A stretch of 64,000 bases of DNA from a virus: IMG/VR virus record IMGVR_UViG_3300018432_000013, positions 1 through 64,000 of that record; one strand, written 5' to 3'. Positions within the stretch are counted from its first letter, which is position 1. Each line of letters begins with the position of its first letter. The position numbers and the translations under genes are program-made. Below, piece after piece: positions 63,705-64,000 of the stretch. The notes under the pieces were generated by a model that saw only the letters and a program-made list of their open reading frames with translations, was not told where the DNA came from and ran no database searches.

Positions 63705-64000
63705 TCAGCCTTTCGTATCAGAGAAGCGCGCAACATCGTCCTCAGTCAGGAGCGACGCCCACAGCTCATCCACATTGAGCATCAACCCGATCAAAACCTC
63801 GGTGATGCCCTGCTCCATGCTCGGCCGGATGAACCACGCCGAGGTCTTCAACCGAACGTGCTGTCGAACGACTCGGTTCTCCGGATCGACCACGAGATAC
63901 TCCACGAGCGAGGGAATGGTCGCGTAGGCGTTGAGCTTGGGGCCGAGGTCCACCGCACGCGTCGAGGGCGAGAGCACTTCCGCAATGAAGGTCGGATTCA
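63705..64000 (-). CDS. Uma2/DUF820 family endonuclease (5' end outside window)
   Basis: NPTFIAEVLSPST..DLGPKLNAYATIPSLVEYLVVD. Confidence 0.88.
   Translation of the reverse strand, partial: NPTFIAEVLSPSTRAVDLGPKLNAYATIPSLVEYLVVDPENRVVRQHVRLKTSAWFIRPSMEQGITEVLIGLMLNVDELWASLLTEDDVARFSDTKG

Noticed and set aside
1-64000. tRNA, rRNA, integrase/att sites, stop-codon reassignment
   Set aside because: None recognised by eye; known genes are intact under the standard code. tRNAscan-SE and Rfam were not run.

Overview
The whole 64 kb reads as part of a large, GC-rich tailed phage with a contractile tail. The host is probably a myxobacterium (Myxococcota); this is inferred from recalled family resemblances and GC content, not from a search. 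No host genes, integrase or att site were seen. Layout: (i) 1-4.1 kb, small regulators and a double winged-HTH replication initiator; (ii) 4.4-15.1 kb (+), DNA metabolism and lysis genes (vWA, DUF3310, SbcC/gp46 ATPase, M15 endolysin, holin, spanin-like pair, RuvC, ThyX, DNA ligase) with an inverted vapBC cassette; (iii) 15.1-56.8 kb (-), a near-complete virion module from terminase, portal, protease and capsid to sheath, tube, tape measure, baseplate and fibre; (iv) 56.8-64 kb (-), small accessory genes, a Cas4-like nuclease and a truncated Uma2 nuclease. The most interesting signals are non-coding. A motif RGGCACYAAC occurs 12 times, always in the sense of the downstream gene and often 6-9 nt before SD-less start codons, suggesting an unrecognised promoter class making leaderless mRNAs. 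A parallel set of extended -10 promoters also appears to give leaderless mRNAs. A promoter/two-hairpin/terminator antisense RNA covers the rep ribosome-binding site, as in plasmid copy control, which with vapBC suggests a phage-plasmid. There is also a second candidate sRNA, a -1 frameshift in the tail chaperone, and a ~200 aa protamine-like tail on a neck protein.
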